From sequence record DRR723986_2456: a DNA stretch of 64,000 bases; one strand, 5' to 3'. The notes beneath the pieces are model-generated. The model was not told where the DNA came from. It was given only the letters and a program-made list of their open reading frames with translations, and did no database searches. The translations under genes and the position numbers were made by a program. Of this stretch, positions 8,021-18,257 are shown piece by piece (within the stretch, counting starts at the first letter, position 1; each line of letters opens with the position of its first letter).

Positions 8021-11000
8021 TTACGCATTAGCGCGAAAACCGCGGCGAATACCCACGCCAAATATCACGACGACGATTGCCAGCAGCCAATACCATGTTG
8101 GCGACATGCCACTGCGCGCCGACTCAGCCTGCTCACCGTCACCCTTCGCTGCCGACGACTCCTCGGCATGCTGGTCTGGCGCTAGCTCGCTAGGCGCCAC
8201 TTGCACCTCACGAATGGTGCTGGGCTGGGCAGCCGGTTGCTCGGCCGCCGTGCGGCTGCGCGCCAACACGGCCTCAAGCTCCGCAGCGCGCTCGACGCTG
8301 AGCTGGGCTTTTACTAGCTCATACATTGGGTGATTGGCATGGGTGTGGCCGCTGCCAGGGTTGCCGTGCTCAATAATATTGCTGGCAAACTGCTGGGCGA
8401 GCTGGGCGGTGGTTTGCTCACCGGCCTGCCAAAACCCTTTGTCGATGGCCACCAACATCACCGCCAAAATATTGGTTTGCACATAGCGCTTATCGCCTTC
8501 GCTCAGGAAGGTATCCAGCCCGAGGTCGCGACTGTCGTCGATGTATACGTCTTTTAGTTCGTTCCACACCGCGTCGCTGATTAACTCCGGGCTGGTGACT
8601 TCCCAGCCCCAGAGGTACTCGACGAATTCACTGCCCATGGTGCGCGCACCGGCGTAGCCCTCTTCCATTAGGGGTTTAATCCACTGTGGATTGAAGAAGC
8701 GACCGCGCAACTCGGTGGCGAGCGTTTTCTGTAGGCTGTCCATGCGCAGCGCGTCGCTGCGGGCATGATTGATCACCGCGCTTTCCGGCTGGCGACCGGT
8801 GACAGTTTCCACGGCCAAATTAAAACCGCCGAGGTAGTCGAAGGCGTCGTTATTGTCGATCAAACCATAGAGGTTACTGGCGCGCCCGAGAAAGGTTTTG
8901 GATACACCCGCCAGCTGGTCGCGAAACACCTGCTGCGCAGCCTCGCCCTGTAAACCCACGCCGAAGGCATGCCCCATGCGCTTGAGGTAGACCTCACCCA
9001 GCTCCTTCCGGTCTTGCCAGGCACCTGAACGCTCAACCAGTCGGTTAATACCTGCGCCGTAACCGCCCGGCGCAATACCAAAGACGCGCAGGCTGGCTTG
9101 CCGCCCCACTTCACTGGCATGCATCCCCGGCTGCGCGGCGAGCATCGCGCGCGCCTCTACCACCCAGTTAGTCGCCACTTGGTTTTTCTCCAGCGGCTCG
9201 CGACCACCAGCTGCGGTATCTTCGATCAGCGCCAGCGCGGCATTGAGGGCGGGCCGTAAATTCGGGTATCGCTCTGCGATGGTGTCGCGGCTGGCATCCA
9301 GCGCCATTAACACGGCGCGATCAAGCAAGGCCATATGTCGCCCGTATAAATCGCGAAACAGCCCGGAGGCGGTAAATAACACGTCCATACGCCGGGGCTG
9401 ATCCTCGCCCAGTTCGATGCGCTCCAGCCCTTTTACAATGCCGCGACTGTTCCACACCGGCCGCATACCCAGCAGTTTGAGGCCAAAGGCCACCATCGCC
9501 CCCTCGTCCCGCACCGCATCCGAGGCCCAAAGAATCACGCCCTGTTTATTGGCAGGGCCCGATTCGCCGTATTTGGCGGCAACGCGCTGGGCGTTTTCAC
9601 GCAGCAGAACCTCATCGCTTTGCTCACCGCGAAGCACCTGATCAGCCAACTGGCGCCCAACCTGATAGCCGAGCTTGCTGGGAATAAGACTGCCGTCCAG
9701 GGCGTGGAAGTTGCGTCCCGTGGGCAAGGCCTCGGGAGTTCGAATCGGGTCGTTGCCCTTACCGGGCGCAACAAAGCGCCCATTCAAACCATTGAGTAGC
9801 GCGGTCATCTCGGCTTTGGGAGAACGCGTCAGGTCTCGCCGCCACACCGCTTGTTCAGCCTTAGTCGCGCCGCTATCGGCCATCGAAGCCAACATGGTAT
9901 CAACGCCAGTCGTGCTCCAATCGCGCCCAAATACATGCAAGCCCAGCGGCATAAAGTCTTCCTGAACATGGGTCAGGTAGTGGCCGACTTCGTGGAGAAA
10001 GAGCTCTTCATCGATCTCTTCAAAACCGATACCTCGCACTTTTAGCTCTTCGTCCATCGACGCTTCCAGCTCATCGCGCAGGCCATATTCATCGATTTTC
10101 GCCCTGAGCTGCGCCAGTGCGCCGCTGCGGGTGAACGGGTCACTCGCGGCCTCGGCGCTCTCGACTAACTGCCGCACTTCCAATAGCTCATCGTAAAGCT
10201 CAGTAACTGCCAGAGGCGGTGTTAAGTGATCCACCATCACCGCCAGGCCACGACGCTTGGCTTGAATCCCTTCGCCAACACCATCGACGATATAGGGGTA
10301 CACCCCCGGCAGATCACCCGCGATAATGCTCGGGTAGTCGTCTTCCCCCAGGCCCACCCCCCTACGCGGCAAAAACTCGTAGGTGGAATGACGACCCACA
10401 TGCACCAGCGCATCGGCGCCAAAGTCATCCTGCAAGTAACGATAGAACGCCAGGTACTGATGCGGCGGCGGAAAACTCAAATTGGCGTGCAACAGCTCTT
10501 CGTTCAGTTCCCAGCCCCGCGGTGGCTGCGGGCCGACGAAGACATTGCCAAAGCGAACGCCGGGCACCAGCAAACGTTCGTCCCAGACCATTACCTTGCC
10601 GGGGGCATCGCCCCAGCCGCGAATGCCTTCAATGCCCAGCGCAACCAGCGCCACCACCCGCGCCTCGGCGGCCCGCCATGACGCCTGGCCACCACTGGCC
10701 ACGGCATCAATTTGCGTCTGGTATTCGCGCTCTAGCTGCTCCAATAAATCCAGCGCCCGATTGCGGCTTTTTTGACGCACACCATCGAGGGCGTGGTGAA
10801 GATTCGTGACGGTATTGTGCATACTCTCGGTGAGTAGCGTTAAACGTTTCTGGCGCAGGCGAAAATCCTGAAGTGCGCTGAGTCGCTCAAGCTGACTCAC
10901 CATGCGCTGGTGTAACTCTCCCAGCGGGCCAGCCACCATTTCTTGCTGCACAACCTTGGGCAGCGTGGCAAACCACTTCCGATAATCGTTTGCACTCAGG

Positions 11001-12466
11001 CTGGCGACCTTACCAGACATCTCCGCCAATGCCTGGCGATCTTCGGGTAAATTCACGCCCCTTTCCTGCAGCAAACTCAGCAAGGCCTCGGTACTCTCCG
11101 GGAGCTTTCCGGTGTGATAGCCCGCAGACTGCAGTGCCTGCAGCATTTCCAGCAAACTGTCGGGCACATTGAGATTATCTGCGCCGATATTGTGGCGACC
11201 GGGAGGATGGTTGTAGTAGACAATGGCGATCCGCTTATCGACGTTGCGCTTGTTTTGCAACGCCAACCAACGCTCTACCCGCCGCAGTTGCCGGGACAAC
11301 TCAGCGTCGACCACTTCGCTGCGACGCAGCTTGGCACCGGTGGCCGGGTCGATACCGGAGTCTGACGCCAGCGAGAGAATTTGCGCCTGTCCAATGCCTT
11401 GTAGTTCGGGCATGGCCAACCGGTAGTGCACTGAGTCTGCGGGCAAACCCTGAGCGGAAAGCTGCCAGTCACTATAGCCCCAGTCCAGCACTCGCAGGCC
11501 TTTCAACACGGGCAGGTTAAGCGCTTGCAGTGCATCGAGAACCGCTTGGCGACCTTCACCGCCGCCGACGACAAAGTCCTGCAGAGAAATAATGACCGAG
11601 GGCGTCGCTGCGCGCTTACCGGCCATTAGCGTTGCGATAGTATCAACAGCGTCGACGCTGGGCTCACCCCATGCCGCCAATAACGAGACGCACTGCCACT
11701 GCGGGTTTGCGCAAATGGCGCGATGCAACGCCCATTCACCATTGAGGTCGCCGGTGTTGTGGTCGAGCACCCAAACAATGGGTTTATCGGCAGACAGTGA
11801 TTTATCCAGCTCGTCACTCGTCAGCCAACGCTCCCCTTGTTTACCGTGTAAGGCCAAACGCAGCGGCGCCTGTTCGCGCAGTGGTGCGGCATCCCCATCA
11901 TTCAGCAGCGCAATCAACGACTCGGCATTCACCGCCGAGCGGTGAATCCAATACGCCCGTGCCTGCAACCACGCGCTGTAATCAGGAAATTTTTGCTGGC
12001 TGGCCGCCAGTGACTCAGCATCCAGCGCCAGGCCCTCGCTGCCCACAAACTGCTGACTAACGGCGCTGGAAAACGGCTGCCCATTGGCATCGCGCTGCAG
12101 CGCCATAAGCCGGTTGTCACTGTGCAATACAAAGCGGTGTTGACCGCGCGGATACGCCATTGCCAGCAGGCGTTCGACGGATTCGCCGAACACCCCGGCG
12201 AGAAGTAAGGAATGGTGACTCAACAGCAGCTGCTGTAAATCTGCGTCGTTCAGGCGCTCTACTTGGCTAACGGTGCGAATCGCTATATCCGCCTGCGGCT
12301 TCTTATCAAGATAGCGGTGAGCGCCCGCCACCAGCACTGAGGAAGAGCGGTCGGAGACGATCACCAGGCTAGCCTGCGCCGCCGAGCACAACATACTCGC
12401 TGTCAGTGCGAGGAGGAATACCAGTAACGCCTTAGTCCAGTGCCACTTATTAAAATGCTGATTCAC
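8021..12466 (-). CDS. CobN/ChlH-family chelatase-like protein, exported (BtuS/HmuS-like)
   Basis: YYNHPPG, GPQPPRG, PPPHQYLAFY, HVGRHSTYEFLP, GEGIQAKRRG, LPTGRNF, NPQWI...GYAGA; N-terminal signal peptide and C-terminal TM; GTG start after GGAAGG. Confidence 0.92.
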   Translation of the reverse strand: MNQHFNKWHWTKALLVFLLALTASMLCSAAQASLVIVSDRSSSVLVAGAHRYLDKKPQADIAIRTVSQVERLNDADLQQLLLSHHSLLLAGVFGESVERLLAMAYPRGQHRFVLHSDNRLMALQRDANGQPFSSAVSQQFVGSEGLALDAESLAASQQKFPDYSAWLQARAYWIHRSAVNAESLIALLNDGDAAPLREQAPLRLALHGKQGERWLTSDELDKSLSADKPIVWVLDHNTGDLNGEWALHRAICANPQWQCVSLLAAWGEPSVDAVDTIATLMAGKRAATPSVIISLQDFVVGGGEGRQAVLDALQALNLPVLKGLRVLDWGYSDWQLSAQGLPADSVHYRLAMPELQGIGQAQILSLASDSGIDPATGAKLRRSEVVDAELSRQLRRVERWLALQNKRNVDKRIAIVYYNHPPGRHNIGADNLNVPDSLLEMLQALQSAGYHTGKLPESTEALLSLLQERGVNLPEDRQALAEMSGKVASLSANDYRKWFATLPKVVQQEMVAGPLGELHQRMVSQLERLSALQDFRLRQKRLTLLTESMHNTVTNLHHALDGVRQKSRNRALDLLEQLEREYQTQIDAVASGGQASWRAAEARVVALVALGIEGIRGWGDAPGKVMVWDERLLVPGVRFGNVFVGPQPPRGWELNEELLHANLSFPPPHQYLAFYRYLQDDFGADALVHVGRHSTYEFLPRRGVGLGEDDYPSIIAGDLPGVYPYIVDGVGEGIQAKRRGLAVMVDHLTPPLAVTELYDELLEVRQLVESAEAASDPFTRSGALAQLRAKIDEYGLRDELEASMDEELKVRGIGFEEIDEELFLHEVGHYLTHVQEDFMPLGLHVFGRDWSTTGVDTMLASMADSGATKAEQAVWRRDLTRSPKAEMTALLNGLNGRFVAPGKGNDPIRTPEALPTGRNFHALDGSLIPSKLGYQVGRQLADQVLRGEQSDEVLLRENAQRVAAKYGESGPANKQGVILWASDAVRDEGAMVAFGLKLLGMRPVWNSRGIVKGLERIELGEDQPRRMDVLFTASGLFRDLYGRHMALLDRAVLMALDASRDTIAERYPNLRPALNAALALIEDTAAGGREPLEKNQVATNWVVEARAMLAAQPGMHASEVGRQASLRVFGIAPGGYGAGINRLVERSGAWQDRKELGEVYLKRMGHAFGVGLQGEAAQQVFRDQLAGVSKTFLGRASNLYGLIDNNDAFDYLGGFNLAVETVTGRQPESAVINHARSDALRMDSLQKTLATELRGRFFNPQWIKPLMEEGYAGARTMGSEFVEYLWGWEVTSPELISDAVWNELKDVYIDDSRDLGLDTFLSEGDKRYVQTNILAVMLVAIDKGFWQAGEQTTAQLAQQFASNIIEHGNPGSGHTHANHPMYELVKAQLSVERAAELEAVLARSRTAAEQPAAQPSTIREVQVAPSELAPDQHAEESSAAKGDGEQAESARSGMSPTWYWLLAIVVVIFGVGIRRGFRANA

Positions 12467-12663
12467 CCGAAGTCCCTTCCTGTACGGCAGCCAAAGTAAG
12501 GCTGTGATACCGCGTGCAAGTGGACGTCTCGACAACTGGCATAACCAGCTATTGCGCTCGCATGCCCACCCGCATGTGATTGATAAAACGCGGTTGTCGA
12601 AAAGGGAGGAATTTAGAAGGGAAAACTGACCCTGCTACGTCGCCCACCGCAACTACGCACTGT

Positions 12664-12866
12664 GTTCAGGCCGGTCTCCGGGCTTACAGAAGTGGATCTC
12701 TCCAAATGTTTGACGCCTTCCCGTCGTTAGACAGTGGCCGTGCCAAACTACTTCTGATTACCGTTGCGGGGGCAGCACAGGGCTAGCATGCATGGCCAGT
12801 ATCAGCACAGTATGCGCACCTGTTTCCCGTTTAACCCAAGTAAAACAACAATTGGGCACCTGGAAC
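12664..12866 (-). ncRNA. cobalamin riboswitch
   Basis: Minus strand reads AGGTGC...GTTAAACGGGAAACAGGTGCG...CTGCCCCCGCAACGGTAA...GCCACTG...CGGGAAGGC...AAGCCCGGAGACCGGCCTG (B12 box) in the leader of the CobN-like gene. Confidence 0.95.
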
Positions 12867-12974
12867 AGGGAGCGATCATACCGACTTAATTAACTCGGTC
12901 AAGACAAAGGCGCGGGCACTAAGTACCGGGTAGCAGACGCCAGACGATATTTAATCGCGCGAAATTTGTGTGGG

Positions 12975-13580
12975 TCAGCCAATGGCTTGCGAGATCAATA
13001 CTCTGAGTTTTTCCTCGTAGCCGCTGCGCAGTTCGCGATACATTTCCTCACCAAACATCTGGCTCAATGTCGGCTCGGAAACCAAAAAGTAATTCATCGC
13101 CCCGAGCAGCTGATACACGGTAATTAAGGCCTGAGCATCGGACGAAAAGGTGGACGGCGAGGCCTGCTTGGCCAACGCGATAAGCGACTCCAAAAATGGC
13201 CGCAAGTACCAGACATTGGCAGAGGTTGCGCGGTGTTTGTTGTCCAGGAGTTCGCGCATTAGCAGCTGCGTTTTGTGGGTCTGCCCTTCCAGCAGGCGGT
13301 AAAAGCGTATCAGCGTGTCTTCCAAGGCACTGCTACCCTCGCCGCTTGTGGCATCGCGCGCTGCCTCTAGTTCTGCCATCAACTGGTCAGAAATTCCTTT
13401 AAGCACTTCGCCATATAGCTTTTCCTTGCTGCCAAAGTGGTGAAGCAGGGCCTGCTTGGTATAGGGCAACTCGTCGGCAATGGCCGCAATGCTGGTGCCA
13501 TAGAAACCGCGCTCGGCAAACAGACGTGTTGCCACCGACAAAAATTGCTCTCGCGTATCCGCTGCCTCACTGGTCACCAT
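12975..13580 (-). CDS. TetR/AcrR family transcriptional regulator
   Basis: LFAERGFYGTSIAAIA...LLHHFGSKEKLY HTH. Confidence 0.92.
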   Translation of the reverse strand: MVTSEAADTREQFLSVATRLFAERGFYGTSIAAIADELPYTKQALLHHFGSKEKLYGEVLKGISDQLMAELEAARDATSGEGSSALEDTLIRFYRLLEGQTHKTQLLMRELLDNKHRATSANVWYLRPFLESLIALAKQASPSTFSSDAQALITVYQLLGAMNYFLVSEPTLSQMFGEEMYRELRSGYEEKLRVLISQAIG

Positions 13581-13631
13581 GCGCTCCTACTACTTTTATC
13601 AAACGGGCTGTTTGCTACCCTTTATCGCCAC

Positions 13632-13680
13632 TTGACAGCTTACCATGTGGTAAGTATGGTTTCACTTACCACATGGTAAG
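13632..13680 (+). promoter_or_regulatory. sigma70 promoter with two palindromic operator sites (probably TetR)
   Basis: TTGACA(13632)-17 bp-TATGGT(13655); CTTACCATGTGGTAAG 13639-13654 in the spacer and its exact reverse complement at 13665-13680. Confidence 0.85.
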
Positions 13681-13706
13681 CCGCGTAAATCGCAAGGGGT
13701 CGCAGC

Positions 13707-14852
13707 GTGAAACACACAACTGAAATCCACCGCATTAACGAGTTGCTGAAACTCAATGAAGAAAAGTCCGCCTTTCTTGACGACAGCGTTAGCCATAACC
13801 CTGTTGAGCACTACTATTCGGCGTCGATTTTCGAGCGGGAACAGGCCGCCATTTTCCGGCAACTACCCCAGCCTCTGGTGCACAGCAGCGAGCTGAGAGA
13901 ACCCGGCGCTTTTCTGCGCCGCACACTGGCCGGCTTACCTCTGCTCATCACCCGCGATGCCGGTGGCCACGTGCATGTTTTTTTAAATGTTTGCCGCCAC
14001 CGGGGCACGCGATTGGTAGATGAACAATCTGGCTGCAAACACCGCTTCACCTGCCCCTACCACGCCTGGACCTGGGACAACCGCGGCGAGCTTATTGGTG
14101 TACCCCATCAAAAGCTGGGCTTCCCCGATCTGGACCGCGCTCAACACGGCTTAAAACGACTTGGTTGCAGCGAGTTTGGTGGTTGGCTGTGGGTAAATCC
14201 GGCCGGCGAAGAAGCGCCGGATATCCCCGCCTTTTTGCAGGACTATGCCCCGGACTTTTCATGGTTTGGCGGCGAGTCGCTGCAGCTTCTCCACGTAGAG
14301 GAGCAAACCCGCGAGGTGAATTGGAAGTTGTTGGTGGAGGGCGGCATAGAGGCCTATCACTTCCGCGTGGCCCACCGAAACACCATCGCGCCTTACTTCT
14401 TCGACAACTTATCGAGCTACGAAAGCAGCGGGCCGCACCTGCGCTCCATACTTGCCAAACGCTCAATGGCCGACTTGCGCACACAAGCTGAAGCTGACTG
14501 GCAGCTGCGCGACCATGCTCAGGTGGTCTACACCTTGTTCCCAACCACCCAGCTCCTGGTGCAGTCTGACCATATTGGATGGGTGCACTTTGAGCCACTC
14601 AGCGCGTCGTCTACGCGTATGCGGCTGTGTACACTGGTGCCGGCAAACCGCGTCGAAACGGACAAAGACCTGGCGCACTGGGCGAAAAATCATGCGATAA
14701 CCGTGAAAACGCTCAGCGAGGATTTTGAAATTGGCGAGAGCATACAACAGGGGCTGCGTTCAGGCGCAAACGAAGCGCTAAACTTCGGCCGGTTTGAAGG
14801 GGCACTGGCGGTATTCAACCAGCAAATCAGTGATCGACTCTCGCCAGAATAG
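13707..14852 (+). CDS. Rieske non-heme iron oxygenase alpha subunit
   Basis: CRHRG...CPYHAW Rieske ligands; EAYHFRVAH and EDFE mononuclear Fe site. Confidence 0.92.
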   Translation: MKHTTEIHRINELLKLNEEKSAFLDDSVSHNPVEHYYSASIFEREQAAIFRQLPQPLVHSSELREPGAFLRRTLAGLPLLITRDAGGHVHVFLNVCRHRGTRLVDEQSGCKHRFTCPYHAWTWDNRGELIGVPHQKLGFPDLDRAQHGLKRLGCSEFGGWLWVNPAGEEAPDIPAFLQDYAPDFSWFGGESLQLLHVEEQTREVNWKLLVEGGIEAYHFRVAHRNTIAPYFFDNLSSYESSGPHLRSILAKRSMADLRTQAEADWQLRDHAQVVYTLFPTTQLLVQSDHIGWVHFEPLSASSTRMRLCTLVPANRVETDKDLAHWAKNHAITVKTLSEDFEIGESIQQGLRSGANEALNFGRFEGALAVFNQQISDRLSPE

Positions 14853-14901
14853 CGATAACACAGGGTTGCGATAAGAACGCAGCCTCTGTTTCCGAGGTGA
14901 T

Positions 14902-15930
14902 ATGAATACACGCGCTCGTAGCTATTTGCACATGCCGACCATCCCCCGCGAGTTTATCGCGCAGATGGTCGAACACCTGCAGCCACAGGAGCTGACAAAT
15001 TCCTCACTGAAGGGCTTGGTATCCGACCTGCTGAGTAAGAAAAAAGTCAGCATCAACGAATATCGCAGCTTGCACCGCTGTCTGGCCGAGCAATTAGATG
15101 ACGAAATGCTGGGCTTTCTGCCGCGACCCGTGCCGCGAGGAAGCCTTAATACCCTGAGCCATCTGCTGGTGCACAGTCCAGACCTGTACAGCGCCCTGGA
15201 AAACTACAATCGCTTTTACAGCCTGTTTCTCGATGCCGAGCAAACTCTGTTGGACTTGTCGCAGTTACGCAGCCAGCACTGTATCGAGCTCAGGCGCATT
15301 AACGGTCGTACGACCAGTCCTATGTTTCAACAAACCATCATGATGGCACTGGTGAAGATTCCCAGCTGGCTGGCGGGGCAACAATTGCCCATTCGCTCGC
15401 TGCACTTCCAGTTTGACGCAATGCCCTTCGACCGCGAGTTTGCCTATCTTTATGGCGCCGTACCGAGCTTTGGTGCGGCCTCGACACGCTTGCAATTTCA
15501 AGCGGCGGCGCTGGCCTTTGCGGTGCGGCCATCGCTGAATGCGGATGACTACAGCAAGCGATTTATGGAGCATTTTCTGTACTGGTCTGACGATGATGAC
15601 CTCACCCGGCGGGTGTACGCAGAAATCTCTCACCGCCTGGGGAACGATGACGCAGACGTGATTGCAATAGCGGGGATACTGGGTGTGTCGAAACACACCC
15701 TGGCCCGCCACCTCAAAGCCAGAGGCACGAGCTACTCGACCATTCTCGCTAAAGTGCGCCGCGACAAAGCGCTGTATCAGCTGGTAAATAGCGATGCCTC
15801 TATCGAAGCAATTGCCGAACAGCTCAGCTACACAGAAACCGGATCATTCAGCCGCTCTTTCAAAAGCTGGATGGGAATCAGCCCCGCCGACTATAGAAAG
15901 ACCGCGCAGCAAAATGCGACGAAATGCTAA
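14902..15930 (+). CDS. AraC family transcriptional regulator
   Basis: C-terminal IEAIAEQLSYTETGSFSRSFKSWMGISPADYR. Confidence 0.9.
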   Translation: MNTRARSYLHMPTIPREFIAQMVEHLQPQELTNSSLKGLVSDLLSKKKVSINEYRSLHRCLAEQLDDEMLGFLPRPVPRGSLNTLSHLLVHSPDLYSALENYNRFYSLFLDAEQTLLDLSQLRSQHCIELRRINGRTTSPMFQQTIMMALVKIPSWLAGQQLPIRSLHFQFDAMPFDREFAYLYGAVPSFGAASTRLQFQAAALAFAVRPSLNADDYSKRFMEHFLYWSDDDDLTRRVYAEISHRLGNDDADVIAIAGILGVSKHTLARHLKARGTSYSTILAKVRRDKALYQLVNSDASIEAIAEQLSYTETGSFSRSFKSWMGISPADYRKTAQQNATKC

Positions 15931-16031
15931 ATTCTTGCAACGCCTAAACATTCTTCCCACGACCACTGCCGCCTACACTGCATCCAAGGCTTACCTAAGG
16001 GCCAACAATTATCGATTCAGAGGAAAAGGCG

Positions 16032-16895
16032 ATGACGACATCCAAGCAAGAAAACTTTGACAGCTATGTGTCTTCTGAGACCGCTCGCAAGTACAAAAAA
16101 TCGGCCTCCGATGCATTGAGCAAAGTAGATCGACACATGCTGGATAAGCAGTTGGCCGCAGTTCAGCGAGATGGCTACGTTATTATCCCCAACGTCCTGT
16201 CTGCTGAACAACTGCATGAAATTCGACAAGAGGTGTCTCCCCTCCTGGACAGCACGGGCCGCAATGACTTTGAGGGAGCGCTGACCCAGCGACTGTATTC
16301 CGTTATTGCGAAGACTTTCGTTTGTAACCCGTTGGTCGAGCATCCACTTATTCTGGCGCTACTCGACAGCCTCTTTCAGCCGGGCTATCTCTTGTCACAG
16401 TTACAAGTCATCAATATTTTGCCGGGAGAGAGCCAGCAGGCCATACACACCGACGATGCTTTTTACGCTCTGCCGCGCCCACGGCAGGCACTAGGCGCCG
16501 CGACTGTGTGGGCGATAGATGACTTCACGACAGAAAATGGCGGCACCGTGGTGATTCCGGGGTCTCACCAATGGGGAGAGGGTGGCCCCAGCGACGAGCA
16601 ACTGTCCCGGCAAATTCACTGCGAAATGCCCGCAGGCTCAGTGGTGTTTTTTCTCGGAACCCTGTGGCATGGCGGCGGCGCGAACCGTTCCTCGTCCTCA
16701 CGGCTGGCTATCACTGCGCAGTATTGTGAGGGCTACTGCCGTACTCAGGAAAACTTCAGCTTATCTATACCACTGAAGCGCGTGGCAAAATGTTCAGAAG
16801 ATATTAAACGGATGCTGGGCTACTCAATTTATGGCCCATTTATGGGCATGGTCGATGGCAAGCATCCAAAGCGATTATTAGAGGGCCTGGCGTAA
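16032..16895 (+). CDS. phytanoyl-CoA dioxygenase (PhyH) family Fe(II)/2OG dioxygenase
   Basis: DGYVIIPNVLS, HTD, ENGGTVVIPGSH, WHGGGAN. Confidence 0.92.
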   Translation: MTTSKQENFDSYVSSETARKYKKSASDALSKVDRHMLDKQLAAVQRDGYVIIPNVLSAEQLHEIRQEVSPLLDSTGRNDFEGALTQRLYSVIAKTFVCNPLVEHPLILALLDSLFQPGYLLSQLQVINILPGESQQAIHTDDAFYALPRPRQALGAATVWAIDDFTTENGGTVVIPGSHQWGEGGPSDEQLSRQIHCEMPAGSVVFFLGTLWHGGGANRSSSSRLAITAQYCEGYCRTQENFSLSIPLKRVAKCSEDIKRMLGYSIYGPFMGMVDGKHPKRLLEGLA

Positions 16896-16910
16896 TTTAC
16901 TCGGTGATAG

Positions 16911-16937
16911 AAGCGCCGACAGTGACCGGCGCTTTTT
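16911..16937 (+). terminator. intrinsic terminator
   Basis: AAGCGCCG/CGGCGCTT hairpin plus T-run between convergent genes. Confidence 0.65.
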
Positions 16938-16960
16938 CAGTTAGCGTTTGCTCAACCGTA

Positions 16961-17500
16961 TCACTGATAGGCTCGCTTACCTCTTACCGGATAGTTGTTG
17001 TCCGGGTTTCGTATCCAGCGCAAACCGGATACCAAGGTGCTTATCTCTGGGCGAACGAAGGGGTTATTTGAGATATCCACCACATGTAGCTGGCCCTCAG
17101 CATTGATAACGAATATACCCGGCTCCGCAAAGGGATGGTCGGTTTCCTGCGCTGATCGCGGGTCAGAAATATACAGGCCCAGGGCCTGCATTTGCTCGAC
17201 AGACAAGCCAGTGTACAGGGGGAAGTTAACCTTGAGTTCGGCTTTGTGCGCTGCCAGCTGCTCAGGGCTGTCGGCGGACACCGCGGCAATATCTACCCCA
17301 CTATTTTTGAGCGTCTCTCTGACCTCCTCCAGACTGTTCAAGTACCGCGTACACAGAGGGCAATGCTTGCCGCGATAGACGACAATCATCATCCAGTCAC
17401 ACCCATTCTGTGGCGTAGTAATATCGCGAGCCGTTTGATCTTCGGCGATAACGTGTATGCTCGGAAAAGGCATACCCGCTTCTAGTTTAGGCGTTGTCAT
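16961..17500 (-). CDS. peroxiredoxin-like redoxin (AhpC/TSA family)
   Basis: YRGKHCPLC, AVSADS, EPGIFVI. Confidence 0.88.
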   Translation of the reverse strand: MTTPKLEAGMPFPSIHVIAEDQTARDITTPQNGCDWMMIVVYRGKHCPLCTRYLNSLEEVRETLKNSGVDIAAVSADSPEQLAAHKAELKVNFPLYTGLSVEQMQALGLYISDPRSAQETDHPFAEPGIFVINAEGQLHVVDISNNPFVRPEISTLVSGLRWIRNPDNNYPVRGKRAYQ

Positions 17501-17524
17501 AATGGCATCTCCCAGGTAAAACCA

Positions 17525-18109
17525 TTAAAGGTGAGTGGCGAGGTGGCGTTGAAAACGCGTAAAGTCACTGTCGATATCAGGCGCCTTCATCACATCGTGC
17601 GCAGAGAAAGTAGGCAGCGGCGTCGCGGCAAAAAACTTCATATTTAAATGAACTGGTGCGAGTAAATCATCGACACTCATGCCGCTAAAAAATGGCTCAG
17701 CGGGATCGTCAAAGGCCTCCTTTGGGGCATTGAACGTCACCGACAACATGTAGCGTGTGTTCGCCAACACTCCCCCAGTGCCATAGTTGCGCTTGGGCTC
17801 AGCGGCGCTGCGGCCGTCCCCTTCGCAGAGTCGCCCATCCATGCCTGCGGTATACACCTCGTCCATGTACTTTTTGAAAGACCAGGGTACCCCCATCCAG
17901 TTCGCGGGGAATTGCATCAGCACAACATCTGCCCACTGATGGTTAGCCACCTCCTCATCAACATTGTAGCCATCGGCAACAACCGTCTGGCGCACGGCGT
18001 CGCCGCGCTCGCCAAAGTAGGCTGCAGCGGCCGCAACGAAGGCCGCGTTTAACTCGCCCTTTGCGAAGTCATAGGGCTGATGCCCATTGATAATCAGAAT
18101 ATTACTCAT
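17525..18109 (-). CDS. mdaB: NAD(P)H-dependent quinone reductase (MdaB-like)
   Basis: ILIINGH, QFPANWMGVPWSFKKYMDEV, DGRS...YGTGG, HDVMKAP. Confidence 0.8.
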   Translation of the reverse strand: MSNILIINGHQPYDFAKGELNAAFVAAAAAYFGERGDAVRQTVVADGYNVDEEVANHQWADVVLMQFPANWMGVPWSFKKYMDEVYTAGMDGRLCEGDGRSAAEPKRNYGTGGVLANTRYMLSVTFNAPKEAFDDPAEPFFSGMSVDDLLAPVHLNMKFFAATPLPTFSAHDVMKAPDIDSDFTRFQRHLATHL

Positions 18110-18257
18110 GAAACCCTCCAGTCAGGTCAGGACTTGATTAAGCCAAGCAATGAGAGGACGATATCGACAGTGGTTACTAAAAACAACCAGTTACCTTTTG
18201 GTTACCTTTACATCAGCCCAACGGGTACAGTTGGGCGAAGAACGGGGAAAGCACACA

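Noticed and set aside
8021-12466. Evidence for de novo aerobic B12 synthesis (cobN)
   Set aside because: Export signal, TM anchor and absence of cobST or other cob genes argue against the canonical enzyme
18173-18206. GTTAC repeats as an HxlR operator
   Set aside because: Position is plausible but symmetry is too weak to support a call
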